From: the human T2T-CHM13v2.0 reference genome, Homo sapiens
NCBI RefSeq assembly: GCF_009914755.1
Contig: NC_060947.1
Length of the DNA: 64,000 nt
Reading direction: 5' to 3' (one strand)
The notes beneath the pieces are model-generated. The model ran no database searches. It saw nothing but the letters and a program-made list of their open reading frames with translations, and had not been told where the DNA came from. The translations under genes were made by a program, and so were the position numbers. Of the stretch, positions 62,631 to 64,000 are shown in pieces; position 1 is the stretch's first letter, and every line of letters starts with the position of its first letter.

Positions 62631-64000
62631 TTGTTTTGTTCCTATTTGTTAAGTCCTTGGATTCACCCTTTTGTATTTTAAAAAGACAGAAGCCTATATC
62701 TATTTTAATTGATATTTCTAAACAAATCTACTTGGATTTAGCAATGATATTTTACTGATATATATATTTATTCCACCAACTTCTTATCATCATATTTAAT
62801 CACTCTAGTATAAAAGAAATCATGACAGTCAATACTTTTTAAAGCAAAATTAAAAAACTTTTCACTTATTAAACATGTAAGCAGTAACTTAAAAAATACT
62901 CAAGGCAATTCAAAAGAAAAATTAAGATCAGAAGCAATTACCTTGTTCCACTTGTGCAAAACATTTTTTTTTCCATTACAGGAGTTATTTATGATAGGAT
63001 ATTACAAATGACTGTCTTTTTTTGTGTGTGTTTACTCTCTTCTCTCTAACTGAAGCAAGAAGGTGCATATCAAATACTTTTCAGAATAGAGGCTTCTGAA
63101 TATTTCATGATATCTCTCAAGAAGCATGAGTCACATACTACCAGCTTCAAAAGGGACACCTCAAAATCTTGGTAATATATAAACAGGTTAATAAAATAAC
63201 TACCAAGAATGGAAATATGAAAATGTAATTTTTTTTTTGGAAAAACAATGTTTTAAAGATCACTTTCCTTATAGAATTTTGAAAAAACTTGACATTGAAT
63301 GCACAGCTATGCAAACAGTAGGTTGCACAACAGGCATGTGTGGCATTCTCCTAATAATTTAAGTTAATAATTTAAAAATTGAATATTTAGAATATAGTAC
63401 AGTATTTCTTAATTATGAGATTAACTTTTTAAAATCCATCAAGCTATTTTTATGGAGATAAAATTAAAGAGAAATTGGAATAGTCAAGTTCATTTATTAA
63501 AGAAACTTCCAAAACATGTCTTTTTATCTATTAGGTAACTTTTAACAAATAAATTTAAATTTGAAGAAATCTTAAAATATCTACTTTACGCTATTCATTT
63601 TAGAAACAAAAACTGACCTATACAAGATAGGTTACTTGCTGTACCGATGAAGATTAACATTGTAAGAAACATTGTCAAACTATCAATCAGAAACAGAAAA
63701 ATAACTGTTGGAAGAACATCAGAAAGCTCACAAAGCTGAGAAGAAGGCCAAAGAATCAGACTGTCAAAATAACACACATGTAGTAAGATATGCAGCTGGG
63801 TATTCAGCCAAACTTAGGACACATGTAAAGTCTGATTAGGATGCCTCTGCTAGCATCACGGTGACTGGATAAACAGTGTCCTTTTTGTTATGCCTTCAAG
63901 TTTCAGAATGTCAGATCAGGACAGCCTAATTGTGCAGCCTATGTCATGTGCTTGTCTCATGGCTCTTTCAGGAAAAAAGTGGAAATATCCACCATGATGG

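Overview
Primate (human/ape-like) AT-rich non-coding DNA, intergenic or deep intronic. No protein-coding gene, tRNA/rRNA, CRISPR array or CpG island is supported. The recognisable ORFs in the track are Alu, L1, mariner or simple-repeat artefacts, and the rest are short and match nothing I recognise. The window is a layered transposon fossil record: a near full-length dead Hsmar1 mariner (1791-3031), about 21 dimeric Alus plus 3 monomers/fragments, L1s of many ages, a HAL1-like element, L2/MIR relics, MER5A/MER58A and about 10 solo LTRs. I found no new gene system. The most interesting signals are structural: (i) an apparent ancient L1 3' transduction of about 330 bp of unrecognised DNA into a MER5A; (ii) three 5'-inverted (twin-primed) L1s, two of them inserted independently and in opposite orientations at about the same near-palindromic site of two MaLR LTRs; (iii) several templated inverted insertions and fold-back palindromes (2017, 5355-5858, 11587-11962, 35049-35194, 47973-48050); (iv) a motif-dense repeat-free island at about 29.45-29.8 kb that may be an enhancer. 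Repeat family names come from recalled consensus sequences and need RepeatMasker/Dfam confirmation.
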